Below, in pieces: positions 62,601-64,000 of a DNA stretch of 64,000 nucleotides. A program made the position numbers and the translations under genes. Positions within the stretch are counted from its first letter, which is position 1. Each line of letters starts with the position of its first letter. The notes under the pieces were generated by a model that saw only the letters and a program-made list of their open reading frames with translations, did not search any database and was not told the DNA's origin. The stretch comes from Pristiophorus japonicus (taxonomy: Eukaryota), in contig NC_091991.1 in NCBI RefSeq assembly GCF_044704955.1, forward strand, positions 21,266,001 to 21,330,000, read 5' to 3'.

Positions 62601-62925
62601 AAAATGTTCCCGATGTTGGGGAAGTCCAGAACCAGGGGTCACAGTCTAAGGATAAGGGATAAGCCATTTAGGACCGAGATGAGGAGAAACTTCTTCACTC
62701 AGAGAATTGTGAACCTGTGGAATTCTCTACCACATAAAGTTGTTGAGGCCAGTTCGTTAGATATATTCAAAAGGGATTTAGATGTAGCCCTTACGGCTAA
62801 AAGGATCAAGGGGTATGGAGAGAAAGCAGGACTGGGGTACTGAAGTTGCATGATCAGCCATGATCATATTGAATGGTGGTGCAGGCTTGAATGGCCTGCT
62901 CCTGCACCTACTTTCTATGTTTCTA
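59686..62925 (+). mobile_element. CR1 LINE (older subfamily) with ORF1 C-terminus and degenerate ORF2
   Basis: DGLHL motif, ORF1 stop 59938-59940, APE and RT fragments 60206-62843, tail TTTCTATGTTTCTA. Confidence 0.93.
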
Positions 62926-63359
62926 ACGGATGGTTCGGAAAAGTGGGCCAGATGGACCAATAGTCTTCTGCCTAAATAAAATATTGTATGAAAAAGTAAA
63001 AAGAGTTTGCTACAGAATGCAAATAAGTTTTCTGCTTTAATGGAGGCATTTCCTAAAGGAATGTTAATATGAATCTCAAACAATATCTATTGAAATAAAA
63101 AGCACAGTTTACTGAGAAGTAATGTATGATTAGGACTAAGCTTTTTGCATGAAGAAACCAAGTAACGTGTCCAAAGGAGCAATAATTAAATCTTTTAAAA
63201 TACTATCCTGAGGAAGACACATTTTTCACTTCAAAGTTGAATTGTTTTTGAAGTATTTGAGTGCATTTTCATTTTAATTCTGTCATCTATTTCTGTTAGT
63301 GCAATAGTCATACACAGTATTTTATGCTGACAAATGATCAGGATACTCCGTCATTTGTT

Positions 63360-63533
<174 letters not shown>

Positions 63534-64000
63534 TTAAAGGACACAAGAATTGTAAACATTCATTAGAACCAAGATTATGTTACAATTATGTGCAAAACAA
63601 CTACCTGAATTGCTGTTCTGAACTCCTGTTTTGTACAATTGACTTTCAATAAGCAAGTTGCGCACTTAGTATTTAAACCTGGAGCTCTGTTACAGTTTTA
63701 AATTACGAACAAAAGTATGTTTTGTATTTCAATAGCTCCAATTGTTAAGCACTGTGTTTTTGAGCAGACAATTGGAATATTTAGTTAGCGGAGTGCCTGT
63801 AAACTTGCCACCTTGGTTGGAACATTTCATCAATTTGTCAGCCTGTTGAATGAGGCAGAGCATTCCAAAGCACCCCATTGCTGCAATTTATTAACACACA
63901 TGTAGTGGTAAGGTACAAGTTCATTGCTGCAATTGCCTCATTGCTAGGGAATGGTGCAGTCAAGGAAGAGGGAATTCAGCACCACCTCACTCAAGTTGCA

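Overview
Vertebrate genomic DNA, most likely from a shark or other cartilaginous fish (inferred from the SacSINE1/Deu-SINE-like, CR1, L2 and RTE repeat content). Most of the window is transposable elements. Two known genes bracket it on the minus strand: RAB21 coding exon 1 with its CpG promoter (1774-1908) and the last coding exon of TMEM19 (63360-63532). This matches the TMEM19-RAB21 order I recall from human. Between them, reading splice sites by hand gives a five-exon minus-strand gene (about 28700 to 20640) that the ORF track only partly shows. It encodes a 104-aa protein containing LFKSPTDSMLSPCSQRL, a close match to the fungal Spo12 (FEAR/Cdc14-release) motif, plus a KEN box. Its CpG-island promoter carries CHR, E2F, CCAAT, repeated MYB-core and RFX motifs. 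This candidate vertebrate Spo12-like cell-cycle or meiosis gene is the main finding. Secondary findings: a possible divergent RFX-driven transcript; two LTR elements with gag and protease followed by an unknown reading frame in place of RT-RNaseH-integrase; a slippery heptamer at the CR1 ORF1/ORF2 junction; nested insertions with intact TSDs; and one CR1 copy with an intact 968-aa ORF2. All homology calls are from recognition and memory, not database searches. Boundaries of old repeats are approximate.
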